From Octopus vulgaris (Eukaryota), in NCBI GenBank assembly GCA_951406725.2, contig OX597825.1:66774001-66838000 (forward strand): a stretch of DNA of 64,000 nucleotides. The letters are read 5' to 3'. This document shows positions 28,297-43,880 of the stretch, piece after piece. How positions within the stretch are numbered: position 1 is the stretch's first letter; every line of letters begins with the position of its first letter. The position numbers and the translations under genes were made by a program. The notes under the pieces were generated by a model. The model saw only the letters and a program-made list of their open reading frames with translations, searched no databases and was not told the DNA's origin.

Positions 28297-29741
28297 GTTC
28301 ATATAAGCGGAATTAATTTCTAGTGTTTCGCTTTCGTTTCCCCTCTGTCTCTTCCAATACAATGTGTGTATGTGTATACTGGTGTGTGTATGTCTGCATA
28401 ACTTAGCGGTTCGGCAAAAGAAACCGGTAGAATAAGTACTAGACTTACAAAGAATAAGTGCTGGGGTCAATTTGTTCGACTAAAGGCGGTGCTCCAGCAT
28501 GGACGCAATCAAATGACTGTAACCAGTAAAATAATAAAAGAATACACATCATGTGCTGCTTTCTCCTGAAGTTTATAGATATTAATGTCTTTTTTCGTCG
28601 AAGGAGTGCCTGCTTTTGGCTTTCATCTTTGTCATTAATTTATATTTTAGTTGTAAAAATATCCTATTACCATTTTAGCGTTCTTCTTGACGATGATAAA
28701 TTTATAATATATTTGTTGATGTTGTCTAGTCCCCAGATTAATCTTCATTGTGATCCCCTATGATCACCGACATTCCAGTCGCACGCAACCTCTCTTTTAT
28801 TTAAAATTCTAAATCTACGATTACATCGTTTGTGTCCTTCATTTTAACAATTGGTAGTTGCATTTTGAGTGAAATTCGACTTCATTTCTAGTGGGTCGAA
28901 TTAACGCATAGAGCGTCCTCCTAATGTTGCTCAGTCTAATTCAGCCGTGACCGACACCACTGAAATTCCAGCCATGACTATGCTGGCTTTTACAAGGCAT
29001 GCTGTACTCTCATATTATACCCAATGGGATTTCCCGGTTTATAGACGGTAGGGACTATGTGCGATATATAACTTCTATTTATTTTAGTCAAGAGACTACC
29101 TAGAAGTCTGTTGGTGTTGTTCTTGTTTCCGTGAACACTATATTGTGTTAAATCACTTCATAATATTGACGCTACTGGCATTGTTGTTGTCGTTGATGTT
29201 GATGTTTTTATCCAGCATCACTACTCTTTTTCATCTTTGCATTGCCGATATCTTTATTAGATATTAGTTTGACATTTTCCTCAGCGAAACACATGTTTAC
29301 GTCGATGAAAATATTATTTTTTTTTCTCCTATTACTAAAGCCGCCGACAGACACAGGAACTGATTTCACGGCGACACTACCACCTTTTATGGATGCCACA
29401 CCCACCCACCCACCCACCAAATACCATTCCACTCTCAACAACATTGTTAATATATCCAGAAAAATCTATCAACTTGCAAAAGCCGGTGACGTTGAAAAAT
29501 ATTTATACTTTCCATTTATAAGATGTCTATTTCTTCCGGAAATATGGCGAACTGTCGACACTTTTTAGACCCGGACAAACTTTATCATAAACACAATAAC
29601 AGATTACAAATTTATTTGGAAAAAAATAATCTACACAGACTATTTGAAAACTTACGGGTCTTCAATACACATCTTCATAGAAGTTCGAATTACGATAATT
29701 AATAGTGTAGACAATAATAATAATAATGATGAGAAATAATG

Positions 29742-29802
<61 letters not shown>

Positions 29803-29831
29803 TGATAATAATAATGATAATAATAAAAATG

Positions 29832-29896
<65 letters not shown>

Positions 29897-29897
<1 letters not shown>

Positions 29898-30382
29898 GCT
29901 CTGAAGCAGTACCAGGCAGTGGGTTTCATGGCTTCTTATCTTAACTGATTGGAAGTGTTATTATGTACATTGTATTGTCTTGGTATAAAAATTGGACTAC
30001 AGCAATAGTCTGCTCAGTATCACAGAGTTGCTTGTCAGTTGTTTGACTTTGATTTGTTGAGCATATCCTTTAGTGGCTGACGATATGTGCATCTCTGATC
30101 ACAAGCAGAAGTAGTGAGGGAGCATCACAGCCATGTGTTGAGAGGAATTCTGTGGGGTTTGGACAAGTCACCTTTGGAAACATGGGTGTTTCGTTCAACA
30201 TGCTTAAATAACTCGCCTGCAAGATTCTGCGCTGTTTATATTGATATGATATCACCAAATCGCGCACATATTGTTGTGATGCATGTGCCTGGTGTACCCT
30301 TATCAGGCGGGTAGTCATGATGGTATACTGGGCTTCGTACCCCAGTGTCACTCTGATGGTATGCACTGCTCTCCCACTCAAT
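29897..30382 (+). mobile_element. 3' end of an (AAT)n-associated retroelement (family T), longest copy
   Basis: Shares its 3' module with 32731-32920, 47005-47153 and 57371-57441; all are flanked by (AAT)n. Confidence 0.65.
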
Positions 30383-30544
30383 AATAATAACTACAATAAT
30401 AATCCTTTTTACTAAAGACACAATGGCTGAAATTTGGGGGATTTAAGTCGATTACATCGACACCAGCGTATAACCGGTACTTATTTAATCGAACCCGAAA
30501 GGATGAAAGGCAAAAAAGTTTACATCGGCAGAATTTGAAATAAT

Positions 30545-30600
<56 letters not shown>

Positions 30601-30611
30601 GAAGAAAAAGA

Positions 30612-30988
30612 AGAAGAGCACTCAGAGAGAGCAAACCTCCGCCAAGGCAACAACAACGTCCCTTCAACGATTAGCCAAAGATGATTTTAAAATGAGAATA
30701 TCTGAAATAAACAACTTTCACAAACGAGAATACTAAAAATGAACCCCAGCGCTCTCAAAAATTAAGTAAAAAAAAAAAAATGGAAAAATAATCAAGAAGC
30801 CTAGTTCGGTATCGGATCGATGCCTAAGTTTAATCACTTCGCGCCAGTCATGAGGTCAAACGTCTCTGAAAGTTTCATAGGAACCCATTCAACGGTTCTT
30901 GAGATATCTTGTCCACAGAAAAAAATAAACAAGCAAACAAACAAACAAACGCGACTGAAAACAATACCTCCGCCTTCGCTAAAGCAGA

Positions 30989-30993
<5 letters not shown>
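30612..30993 (-). mobile_element. Helentron-associated (HINE/DINE-1-like) non-autonomous element
   Basis: 5' ACCTCTGC..GGCGGAGGT inverted pair, (GTTT)n tract, 3' subterminal GGCGGAGGT plus small hairpin, T-rich flanks. Confidence 0.65.
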
Positions 30994-31050
<57 letters not shown>

Positions 31051-31489
31051 TAATAATGATGATGATGATGATGGTTACTCGCGTCGATTTCGTCGCATGA
31101 GTGAGTGTTGGAATACAAAGTTTAACAGAAAACACACAGCACTTGACTTTTAAATTCTACTTAAATTCAGCCAACGTCCATAAAGACACGGACATTACCC
31201 AACCGACTTCCATAAACCAATGAAAGCGGAGATTCAGAAATAATTCAATCCACCGCCGTTATTAAATTTTCATTCGTTCAAAGACAGAGGGAACATTTGA
31301 AAGCAGTTATGAAACGCTGAGTGACCACAAAGTTAATCAATCTCAGTCGCACACAGGGGGTGCATCCACCCCATCCCCCGCAAAATTTATGTGCGTATAT
31401 ACGTGTGCAATATTTATTGATGCCTTTATACACAAACATATGTACGCTTATATAAAAATACATACTAATGTGTGCGTATAGATAGACAT

Positions 31490-31595
31490 ACAGATCGACA
31501 GAGATATAGATATAGGCATACATACATACATACATAGATACATACATACATACATACATATACATATATATATATATATACATATACATATACAT

Positions 31596-31627
<32 letters not shown>

Positions 31628-31650
31628 GTATATGTATGTATGTATGTATG

Positions 31651-31682
<32 letters not shown>

Positions 31683-31813
31683 AGTATATGTATATGTATA
31701 TATATATACATATACATATATATATATATATATACTGTATATATATATATGTATACATACAGAATATATTTATACTGTATATATGTACAGTATATATATA
31801 TACACACACACAC

Positions 31814-31867
<54 letters not shown>

Positions 31868-31921
31868 TATATATATATATATATACATATGCATACATAC
31901 ATACATACATACATATATATA
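31490..31921. repeat. Compound TA/TACA low-complexity tract
   Basis: Direct reading. Confidence 0.9.
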
Positions 31922-33365
<1,444 letters not shown>

Positions 33366-34111
33366 CACACACACACACGCGCACATTAGATTAGTGCAAG
33401 AACGTTATGAAACAGCTGTAGAGCACAACTTATGGATAGCATGTGAAATTAATATTTAAAAAAATTTTTTTAATTCTAGGTGTATTTATTTGATTATATA
33501 AATCCACATAGATGATATATATATGTCAATCTAATGCCTTCATTGTGTAAATGAATTTTGTTATTTGTTCCTGCTTGTAATTTTCATTTGCACATATATG
33601 AAATATATATATATATATACATAGACACATGTGTGTACGTATATATATATATTTGCATAGGAAGACACACATACTTTTATGTAACTATATAGAGAAATGA
33701 AAGCAAGAGAGAGAGAGGAGGAAGTGGAAGAGATACAGAGATTTTAGTAAAAGATCTCAGTTCTAAAGAAAATATTACATTATTAGAATGCTAGATATAT
33801 ATTCCATTCGAAACCTTGGACCCTACAGCAGTTAAAATCTAATTGAATTATATAAACAAATATACAATGCTTCTTTTTGGTACGCAACCATTATTATAAT
33901 TAATACAGAACAAAGCCCACGCAGATGAATACATACACACTCACTATACATGTGACTCACACACACATGCACACACTCACACAAGCACACACATACATAC
34001 ATAGTGTTCATGTATCTTTTTTGAGTTTCTATTATTATCATTGTTGGTGTATATATATATATATATATATATATACATAATACATACATATCTCTCTCTC
34101 TCTCTATCCAC

Positions 34112-34182
<71 letters not shown>

Positions 34183-34211
34183 AATATATATATATATATA
34201 CATATATATAC

Positions 34212-34328
<117 letters not shown>

Positions 34329-35380
34329 CACATACATATATATATATATACATGCGAGCAGGCAGAATCGTTAACAGACTGGGTGAAAGGTTTAGCGGTA
34401 CTTCTCCCGTCGTTACATTCTGATTTCAAATTTCACCGAGGTTGACCCCAAATTTCACGCTTTCTGCCTTTAGTAAAAAGGATTATTATCATTGTTGTTC
34501 GTGTTGTTGTTGATATCATTACTAATTGAAAAAGAGAAAGTTATTCCTGTAGTAATGAACGCTAATGATATGCTGGAAAAGATGGAAGTATATATCAGTG
34601 ATACCAATTATATGTCATGCTATAAAGAATTGATTATTATGGAATATGTACCAAAGAGCCACATTAGCAAACTTTCGATATATTTGTCTATGTATATGCA
34701 TGTATACACATACTCAGACGCACGCTCGCGTACATGCGCATATGCATGTTTATATTTGCATATATGAATATATAGTACATTATAGTACATATATGGATAT
34801 ATATATATGTAAATATATAGACACAGCAATATATATTTATATATACACGCGTATATATATTTGTACATATATATATACATACACACGCACACACACAGAC
34901 AGACAGACAGACAGACAGACAGATAGGTAGATAGATAAATTGATAGATAGATAGATGACGGGTGGATGGATAGACAGAGAGACAGACACACAGATAGATA
35001 GATAAACAAACAGACAGACAGACAACTAGATAGATAGATATTGAGATAGAGAGATAGAGAGAGAGTTTTGCACGAAACGAAGTATTATACAAACAGTCGG
35101 ACTCAGTACCAACGATTATTTATACTTACGTCTCTTGAATATAAATTTGACTTATGTAGGATTTGAACTGAGAACGTCAAGCAAGAGACATGCAAAACAT
35201 AACTCAACTAATCCTTATGAGAAAAAAGCCCCACACCTGTTTCCCCCCCAAAAAAAATACCGTAAACTAAATATAAAATAGGTTTATAGTGGTGCTTCTG
35301 TATTAAAAGCCTAACATACAACGTGATAATATGCAAAGCTAATGGCCAAGCAGATGTTGTTCTAGTGTCTATACTAAATA

Positions 35381-35515
35381 CTTTGCCTTTCATCCTTTCG
35401 GGGTCGATAAATTAAGTACCAGTTTCGCATTGGGGTCGATGTAATCGACTTAATCCCTTTGTCTGTCCTTGTTTGTCCCCTCTATGTTTAGCCCCTTGTG
35501 GGCAGTAAAGAAATA
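35381..35515 (+). mobile_element. 5'-truncated SINE family B (tail 1) with 11-bp TSD
   Basis: TSD TATACTAAATA at 35370-35380 and 35516-35526. Confidence 0.85.
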
Positions 35516-35930
35516 TATACTAAATAAGAGAGATGTTATAATATACAGGCGAAAAAAATATCATTCTGTTTGATTACTCAATCCGATAGAATCTGTGCTA
35601 TGACTTCTTAATATACCACTCTAGCGCCTTTGAAATAGAAGGACACGTAGGATGATTTAGTCCAAGACATTGTGTCTGATAAACAATTTTGTATCAGTTA
35701 ACAAAAGGAAAATCAATTCAAAATGTTTTAAAGATCATAGAAAGTGGAAACTCGTAATAACGTGAGAGGACAGCGGGACAAATCCTCAAATGAAGGACTC
35801 CTGTTAAGCAAGTGTTTCGGTTTCTGACGTTCCTAGGGAACGGAGCCCAAGTAAGTCATGAGTCTTAGGAGTCCTCCTGCTGTTACCAAAATGCTACTTG
35901 AGCTAAGAAACTAGAACTAAGGCGTATACC

Positions 35931-36169
35931 TATTTCTTTTATTACCCACAAGGGGCTAAACACAGAGGGGACAAACAAGGACAGACATAGGTATTAAGTC
36001 GATTACATCGACCCCAGTGCGTAACTGGTACTTAATTTATTGACCCCGAAAGGATGAAAGGCAAAGTCGACCTCGGCGGAATTTGAACTCACAACGTAAC
36101 GCAGACGAAGTACCGCTAAGCATTTCGTCCGGCGTGCTAACGTTTCTGCCAGCTCGCCGCCTTTTATAC
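35931..36169 (-). mobile_element. SINE family B (tail 1) with 15-bp TSD
   Basis: ACTAAGG(C/T)GTATACC at 35916-35930 and 36170-36184. Confidence 0.9.
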
Positions 36170-37472
36170 ACTAAGGTGTATACCACTCGGCCACATAGAC
36201 TGCTGAGAGAAGTTGCACAGTCGACATATTTTAAGATGGATTTCCCTCCTCTTATTCTCTGTTCAAGAAATTCCTGGGGTAATGATAAAAAGAACTGGAA
36301 AGAAAGCAAACCTTACTTTGCTCCAAATACAAAAGAGTTTCTCTTAAAGTGTTGGCATAAATATCACAAAGCTTTGTGTGTGTGTGTGGTCTTTTTCGTC
36401 CTGTTGCTTGCATCCAAATCGGCATATGGCCCTACTCGTGAGATAGGCTTAACCCATGGTCCGGTTTAGCACTAAAATAGGGTTCTCAGCTGCCTTTAGT
36501 GGAACATATTCTGTTGCTTGTGTTCGTTTTAGGTCTCCTGTTTACGTTTTGGTCATTTAAGATTTAATTTCCATGGCAGTAAACTCCGATATCGACAGCA
36601 TAAAGAAATAAATGCACGACACAACACACCACACATGCGTGCGCAAAAACACCGCAGAATATAATTAATGGCGCTCTTCATAGAAGTGGAGGTCAATCCT
36701 TTTAGAGTAAGTGACCTCAACCTTACAGACAATAGAAAGAGAGTAAACAGTAGAAAATTGAGAATGAAAGAAAAGAAGCACCATTATTCAGAAAAAACAA
36801 AATAATAGGAGAAATTTAATTTGAAATAGAAAAAAGCCAACAACATAAAATAAAACGAATATTAAAACTAATACTTTATTAACAAACCGGAAGCTATTTT
36901 GTGTGGAAAAAAAATAGAATAAAACAACAATTTCTGGTAAAAACTTGCTTCTTGCGGTAGAATCATGTACTTGAGAGAATAAATATCGTATACAAAGCTC
37001 TATAAAAGAAATATCACAAAAGGAAATACAGCAACAATAATTGAATATTTCATCTTGCCGGAGAGAGATATCTTTTTTTATCTTTCATCTTCGATTTGTT
37101 TAAGTCACTAAATTACGACCAAATCGATCGTAATAATTTTATGTCTGGTATTTATTCTATTGACCTGTCTTATCGAACGGCTAGTTTTACAGGAAGTAAA
37201 CAAAGATACACAAATTATCAAAAGGTACGAGATGTCCACAATCACGAACATACACACACACACACACATATACACATATGGCTGGCTGTGCGGTAGTGAG
37301 ACACATGTGTAGGTGTAGCAAGAAATTTGCTTCCCGACCGTATGGTTCCGGGTTTAGTACCATAGTTTCATCGCGTGGCAGCATGGGCAAGTGTCCTGTA
37401 CCATGGGTTTCTGCCTTCTGAATGGATTTGATAGACGGAAACTAAAAGAATCCTTCGCACCCACCCATATAT

Positions 37473-37890
37473 ACTCTTTTACTCTTTTACTCTTTTACTT
37501 GTTTCAGTCATTTGACTGCGGCCATGCTGGAGCACCGCCTTTAGTCGAGTAAATCGACGCCAGGACTTATTCTTTGTAAGCCTAGTACTTATTCTATCAG
37601 TCTATTTTGCTGAACCGCTAAGTTACGGGGACGTAAACACACCACCATCGGTTGTCAAGCAATGGTGGGGGGGGGGACAAACACAGACACACAAACATAT
37701 ACGCATATACATATATTTACATATATACGACGGGCTTCCTCCAGTTTCCGTCAACCAAATCCACTCACAAGGCTTTGGTCGGCCCGAGGCTATAGTAGAA
37801 GACACTTGCCCAAGGTGCCACGCAGTGGGAATGAACCCGGAACCATGTGGTTGCTAAGCAAGCTACTTACCACACAGCCACTCCCGCGCC
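37473..37890 (-). mobile_element. SINE family A, full length
   Basis: Family A match with (CTCTTTTA)n tail. Confidence 0.9.
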
Positions 37891-37893
37891 ATG

Positions 37894-37926
<33 letters not shown>

Positions 37927-37939
37927 GTATGTATATATA

Positions 37940-38229
37940 TAAGTTCAGTAAAAATTTAGATTAAGTTGAATATGGTACTTAAGTTAAAGGCACCATAATT
38001 TGGTATGGTATTATCCATATAAATCAAAATGGGGTGATTATAATCAAAATAAGCAACAAGGATATCCAAAGGTAGTGTAGTACAATCGTTTCATGCGACT
38101 TCATTTAATTAAACAATGCAAGTATTACATCAGTTTTAAAATGTAGAGCAATCTTCAGCTGCATATGGAATTTTTTTAGTTAAATCGTAAAGATTCCTTT
38201 TTATACTTATATATATATATGTATGTATG

Positions 38230-38270
<41 letters not shown>

Positions 38271-39175
38271 TGAGGGACGAAATGCGTAACCTCTGCTGAT
38301 TTCTGGATATTTTTTCCCATTTTTTCCCTGCCTGTTTGAAATCATTACATTGCATGTATTGCACCATTATTTTGTACTTTTGCATCATATTTAAGGAGCA
38401 AATATTGGTCAGCATAGTTGTTGTTGATATTATTGAAGTTGTGGGGTTGGACCATAGTCAGATGCTTTTTTTCTCAACAAATTTTTTTCTCAACTTTGAC
38501 CCGAATGTAATTGAGGTTGCTCATAAAATATCTGGATAATTTTCGGTGTTTAACAATCAATATTCTCTTCTCTGATGGATTCCAAGTAAATATTTTCCCA
38601 CACAAATGTCTAATTTGATAATTTTCAGTTTTCAAAACATGTCTTAGATGGGTTAAAACGAGTCATGACTAATTTCAATAATACTTTCAATTTAAGGACA
38701 TGCTGTGTAAATATATTAGGAAGGGAGCCACCCCAGTAGATCGTGTAGAGATCGTGCAGTAGCTATGCTTTTACGTTGATTTTCATTTGTTTTAATCTAT
38801 CTTCATGAATTTCATATCATGTCATTTTCCCATGATCCTCTTTCATTTGATCTAGATAATTAAAATTTTTGTTGCATTTCATATTTTTCTGATACTAAGG
38901 ATGTATATTGATGTGTACGAGTCTGTTTTTAAATGTAATTTTGGAGATATGAAGAGTAAAATCTACTTTGTGGCTTACTCCATTTGACTCAGCTAAATTT
39001 GTCTTTTATATGCTCAAAGAAAATGGTAATAATTTTCTGAAATAGTGTTCAGATTATGTTATAATGTTTTTAATGCATTTCAAGAAGATCATTTTCTCAG
39101 CTGATATAGTTTTTGTAATGTTAATATTTGTAAAAATTATATTTCCTCTTAAAGTCTAAATTACAGTAAAAGCAC
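37940..39175 (-). mobile_element. AT-rich PLE-type remnant carrying a slightly degenerate HHR (38076-38163)
   Basis: TGCAG-CTGAAGA-TTGC...GCAT-GAA-ACGATTGT-A-CTACA; abuts a TA run. Confidence 0.5.
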
Positions 39176-39212
39176 CTCATTGTGCTCCACACTCCCTTTA
39201 TACATTCTGATA

Positions 39213-39507
39213 TTCTTTTACTTGTTTCAGTCATTTAACAGCAGCCATACTGGAGCACTGCCTTGAAGAAATTTAGCCGAACAAATCTATCCCAGTACTT
39301 ATTTTTTAAAGCCTAGTACTTATTCTATCGGTATTTTGCCGAATCGTTAAGTTACGGGTATGTAAACACAGCAACACCAGTTGTCAACTGGTGACGAGGA
39401 GACAAACACAGACACAAACACATACACATTTACATACATATATACACACATACATATATACACACATACATATATACATACATACGTACATACATACATA
39501 TATACAC

Positions 39508-39572
<65 letters not shown>

Positions 39573-39700
39573 CGACGGACTTCTTTCGGTTTCGGCTACC
39601 AAATCCACTCACAAGGTTCAGTAGAAGACACTTGGTGAAGGTGCCACGCAGTGGAACTGATCTCGGAATCATGTGGGTGGGAAGCAAGATTCTAACTACG
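39213..39700 (-). mobile_element. SINE family A, diverged, with expanded internal microsatellite
   Basis: Family A match. Confidence 0.75.
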
Positions 39701-39804
39701 TGAATTATTCGGGAAGTCTCTTTTACTATATCTCCGGGCCGATAAAGCCTTGCGAGTGAATTTGATAAAAGAAACTGAAAGAATCCTGTCGTATATATAT
39801 ATAT

Positions 39805-40004
39805 AGTTAATCCAAACAAGAAAACACACAAAAAACACAACAACGCGAGGACGTGGAACAAATATAGTATTATTGGACGCTCAGGAAAGAAGGGAAGAAG
39901 GAGGTCTTAACGTTTCGAACGGAGCTCTTCGTCGGAAACATAGGAGAAGGAAAGATCCCGAGAAGGGAAGACAGAGGAAAAAATTCGCCAACGGTACACA
40001 CGAG
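39805..40004 (-). mobile_element. HHR element family H1 copy 3 (HHR at 39905-39939)
   Basis: Reverse complement of 8338-8534; stem II has a G-U wobble change (GTTC). Confidence 0.85.
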
Positions 40005-40064
<60 letters not shown>

Positions 40065-40065
<1 letters not shown>

Positions 40066-40492
40066 ACATTATTGGTGAATTGAAGAAATGGAGCTGAACG
40101 CAGATTGAACAGAAATCGTTTTATTTCATTCTACACGTGTTTCGAAAGGCACAAATTACCAAAATCCGATGGAATAATGGGACCATATTGTGTCTTTCTC
40201 TTCAGGAAGAAAGACACAATATGGTCCCATTATTCCATCGGATTTTGGTAATTTGTGCCTTTCGAAACACGTGTAGAATGAAATAAAACGATTTCTGTTC
40301 AATCTGCGTTCAGCTCCATTTCTTCAATTCACCAATAATGTTCTAATTTCAATTATCCGCACCAACGCACGGTTGCAACACCATATGGTTGTACCTCCAA
40401 CCGTGCTGTTTTACTGCTGTGATTTTTGCTACTAAGGTATCGGTTAAACTTTTGATTAATCTACTACAAGATTATTCATCTTTCTATTTCAC

Positions 40493-40495
<3 letters not shown>
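40065..40495. mobile_element. PLE-type terminal element with a perfect 135-bp inverted repeat (40065-40199 / 40208-40342)
   Basis: Arms are exact reverse complements with an 8-nt spacer; flanked by (TA)n. Confidence 0.8.
40129..40208 (-). ncRNA. Type-I hammerhead motif, canonical core
   Basis: TTC-CTGAAGA-GAAAGACACAA...TTGTGCCTTTC-GAA-ACACGTGT-A-GAA, then AATAAA. Confidence 0.75.
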
Positions 40496-40545
<50 letters not shown>

Positions 40546-40889
40546 CATATAAGTAAAATTGAGGCACCTTGTTGGATCGATCTAATTTGCACACCCAAAC
40601 AATATCAGGTGAATATCAAATTCTGTGCTGAAGAGTTTGCACTTGATATTCTTGCAGTGTATGCAGATAACATAACCCAACTTAGTGAAGAGATCCGCTC
40701 TTGGTTGCTCAGATATCTATTTTATATAAAAATGCAAAACTACTTTTTATAAAATTTTCTAAAGTGCAGATTCCAGGGTAGGTGGATAAAATATAAACGA
40801 ATAACAAAGATGTGCAGGTGTTATTTCATTACGGCCGTAATGTACATCTTCGTTACACATTTACGCACTCACGCACATATATACATGAT

Positions 40890-40935
<46 letters not shown>

Positions 40936-42824
40936 TTCTTCACCACCGCCCGGCAAACGGTGATTTGTCACGCATTTTATCGACCCGGGTCAGGTTGAAG
41001 GTAAAGCTGACCTTGGTCGGATTTGAACTCAGAACATAATGAAGCGGAAGTAATACAACAAATTAGTTTTGATACTTTCCTTTTATCGATAACCAATTTA
41101 TTATTTACTAAAGGGTCATCGAACAAACTATTGATGTTTGATTCAATTACTTGCTCTTTTCCTTTTCTATGGGGTAGTGATATCTATTCCGAAAGTCCTT
41201 TGGCCAATTATTACAACCGTCTCTTGAGTCTAATAATTCCTCTACTAGTCTTTGATAAAATAAAATTTGGCTGTCGATAATATGAAAGCACCATATTTTT
41301 TCCAAAGTATTAACGATCCTGGTTGCTCGTTACCTTAAAATAGAAACATAATAACACGCAATAGCATAACTCATGAGGTCTTTATTTAAGCTAGTCCATT
41401 TATAATCTGGAAGAATTATTCTAATCGATAAAATTCCACATTTCGGCTTAAAGTACTTAAGCACTTTATGTGAAGTTATAGAAATATAGTAATCAATGTA
41501 ATTACTAAAAAGAAGAAGACCCGAATCAATACCTGAGTGATTACTAGAAGAGAAAAAATTATCATCCCTACAAAAATCAAAGATACTTTATCGATTAGTC
41601 AAGAGGGAATTGCAATGTTAATTATCCTTTATGCGGTGAGGAAGATATCATGAAACCAGCGATATGGTCATTATGCTTACGACAGACTGGACTCCACTAG
41701 CAGTTTGCGGGGTACCAGATGGTAGTGTTAAATCGGGCCAATGATAAAGTCTATATTTCAAGCACGCACCTTCAACTTATACTGGAAAGGGCCAGAAAAA
41801 ACAGCGTGAGGATTCCTGTCTATGGCTCTAATGATTCTGCTAGTTAACCACCGTAGACTAAATGATGAGAGACTCCTGTAATCCGGAATGGCGGTTCTGC
41901 ATTATTCTAACTGAACAGCCTGGACAAATGATTTGGTTATATGTGCTGTACCTTAGTTCACCCACTCCATGAAATCGACGTCACTTAAACAGGTGCACGG
42001 TGTCCCACATGTCAGAGACGTTGAAATGATCACAGCGTGAGATGAAGTATTTTGATCAAGAAAACCACGTACCACTCGGTCCTGGAATTGAAACCACGAT
42101 CTCACGATGGTGAGTGCAACAAACTAACCAGTAGGCCATGACTCCTCACCATTCTAGACTGGTACCTTATTTAAATGCAATTGATCGAAAAAAATATAAT
42201 GTTGGTCTCAGTGTGATGTGGAGTCATAACGCAAGGAATCAGAATAAATAATCCAAGAAATTGCCTCATTCGTGCTAAGGGCTCTCTTTATTCGCCAAAG
42301 CCAGCAGAGCTGTTTCTCAACAACGTTTATACTTATAATAGACCAGCGGGTCACTCTGATTATAAAGACAGTTCCTTACAATAGCAATAGAACGTGTGTT
42401 AGAGAAAGATGTATGAATGTAACAAACATCTATTGGTAGAAAACATGAATATTTACACAAACACGTAAATTTTCAATATGCAACGAAAAGATTATTATTG
42501 TTATTGTTCGTTTTTCTAAATTATTTAATTCTAAGGAATATGTTTGACATGAAAAATAAATGTTCTTATCAATATATAAATTATTGAAATGTCAATAATG
42601 TTGTTTAAACGTATATAATCTTTCGGCGAAGTCGAAAGCTATCAATTTTAATGTTTTCGCATAAAAGTGTACAATTTGAAAGGTCAAGAAATATTAACAA
42701 TAGGTTTATAAGGTTAAAGAATAAATGAATAAATATCACAATTGTATCGATTTATATCTGAACGATCGAGTGAATATTATACACATCTCGATATTGGGCA
42801 CACCACCTTAAGGAAAACAGATTA

Positions 42825-42969
42825 GGCATAAGCGCACTGTGCGGTTCACAACCACATGGTTCCGGGTTCAGTCCAACTGCATGGTATATTCGGGGAGTGT
42901 CTTCTACTATATCTCCAGGCAGACTAAAGCTTTGTGAGTGAATTTGGTAAGAGAAACTGAAAGAATGCC

Positions 42970-43019
<50 letters not shown>

Positions 43020-43092
43020 TATCATACATATATATAAGTATGTATATTATTATATAATATTATTTATATAATAAATTATTATATATATAATC

Positions 43093-43123
<31 letters not shown>

Positions 43124-43240
43124 TATGCATATATATACATGTGTGTCTGTGTCCTGTGGCGAAGCTTGTCTGCCACCACAGCTTGACACCCGGTGCTGGT
43201 GTCTTTACGTCCCTATAACTTAGCGGTTCAGCAAAAGATA
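42825..43240 (+). mobile_element. SINE family A, diverged, with expanded internal TA tract
   Basis: Family A match. Confidence 0.7.
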
Positions 43241-43645
43241 CACACATACACACACACACATGCATGCATGTATGTATGCATGTATGTATGTATGTTTGTA
43301 TGTATGTACCGTATTTCCTGGCCTTGAGGACGCACCCTAATTTTGACAAGCAACAATTAAAAAGTATATATAATTAACACAAAGATAAGGTCTCAGCACT
43401 TCGGGTCTTGTTACCTTTACAGATGCAACGAAAAATAATCACTGTAACCTCCAGTATGCCACTTAAAATGTTCCTAGCATTTATTTTGGCTGTTCGTCTA
43501 ACATTTATTTGCGCTATCCCTTACGTTGGCTAACCATAACTGTCTCCTGTTGTGACCCCACACTCGCATCTGTAACATTAACAAAAGGTAGCACTCACCT
43601 ACCTGACTAATTTGTTTTGTAGTACCGTCAGTACAGAGACATGGA

Positions 43646-43880
43646 GGTGGCGAAGCTGGCAGAAACGTTAGCACGCCGGGCGAAATGCGTAGCCGTATTT
43701 CGTCTGCCGCTACGTTCTGGGTTCAAATTCCGCCGAGGTCGACTTTGCCTTTTCATCCTTTTGGGGTCGATAAATTAAGTACCTGTTACGCACTGGGGTC
43801 GATGTAATCGACTTAATACCTATGTCTGTCCTTGTTTGTCCCCTCTGTGTTTAGCCCCTTGTGGGTAATAAAGAAATAGG
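43646..43880 (+). mobile_element. SINE family B (tail 1)
   Basis: Near-identical to 3404-3637. Confidence 0.9.

Noticed and set aside
29208-29568. Non-repetitive 108-aa and 78-aa ORFs as possible host exons
   Set aside because: No recognisable domain and no convincing splice-site pair; cannot be supported without RNA data.
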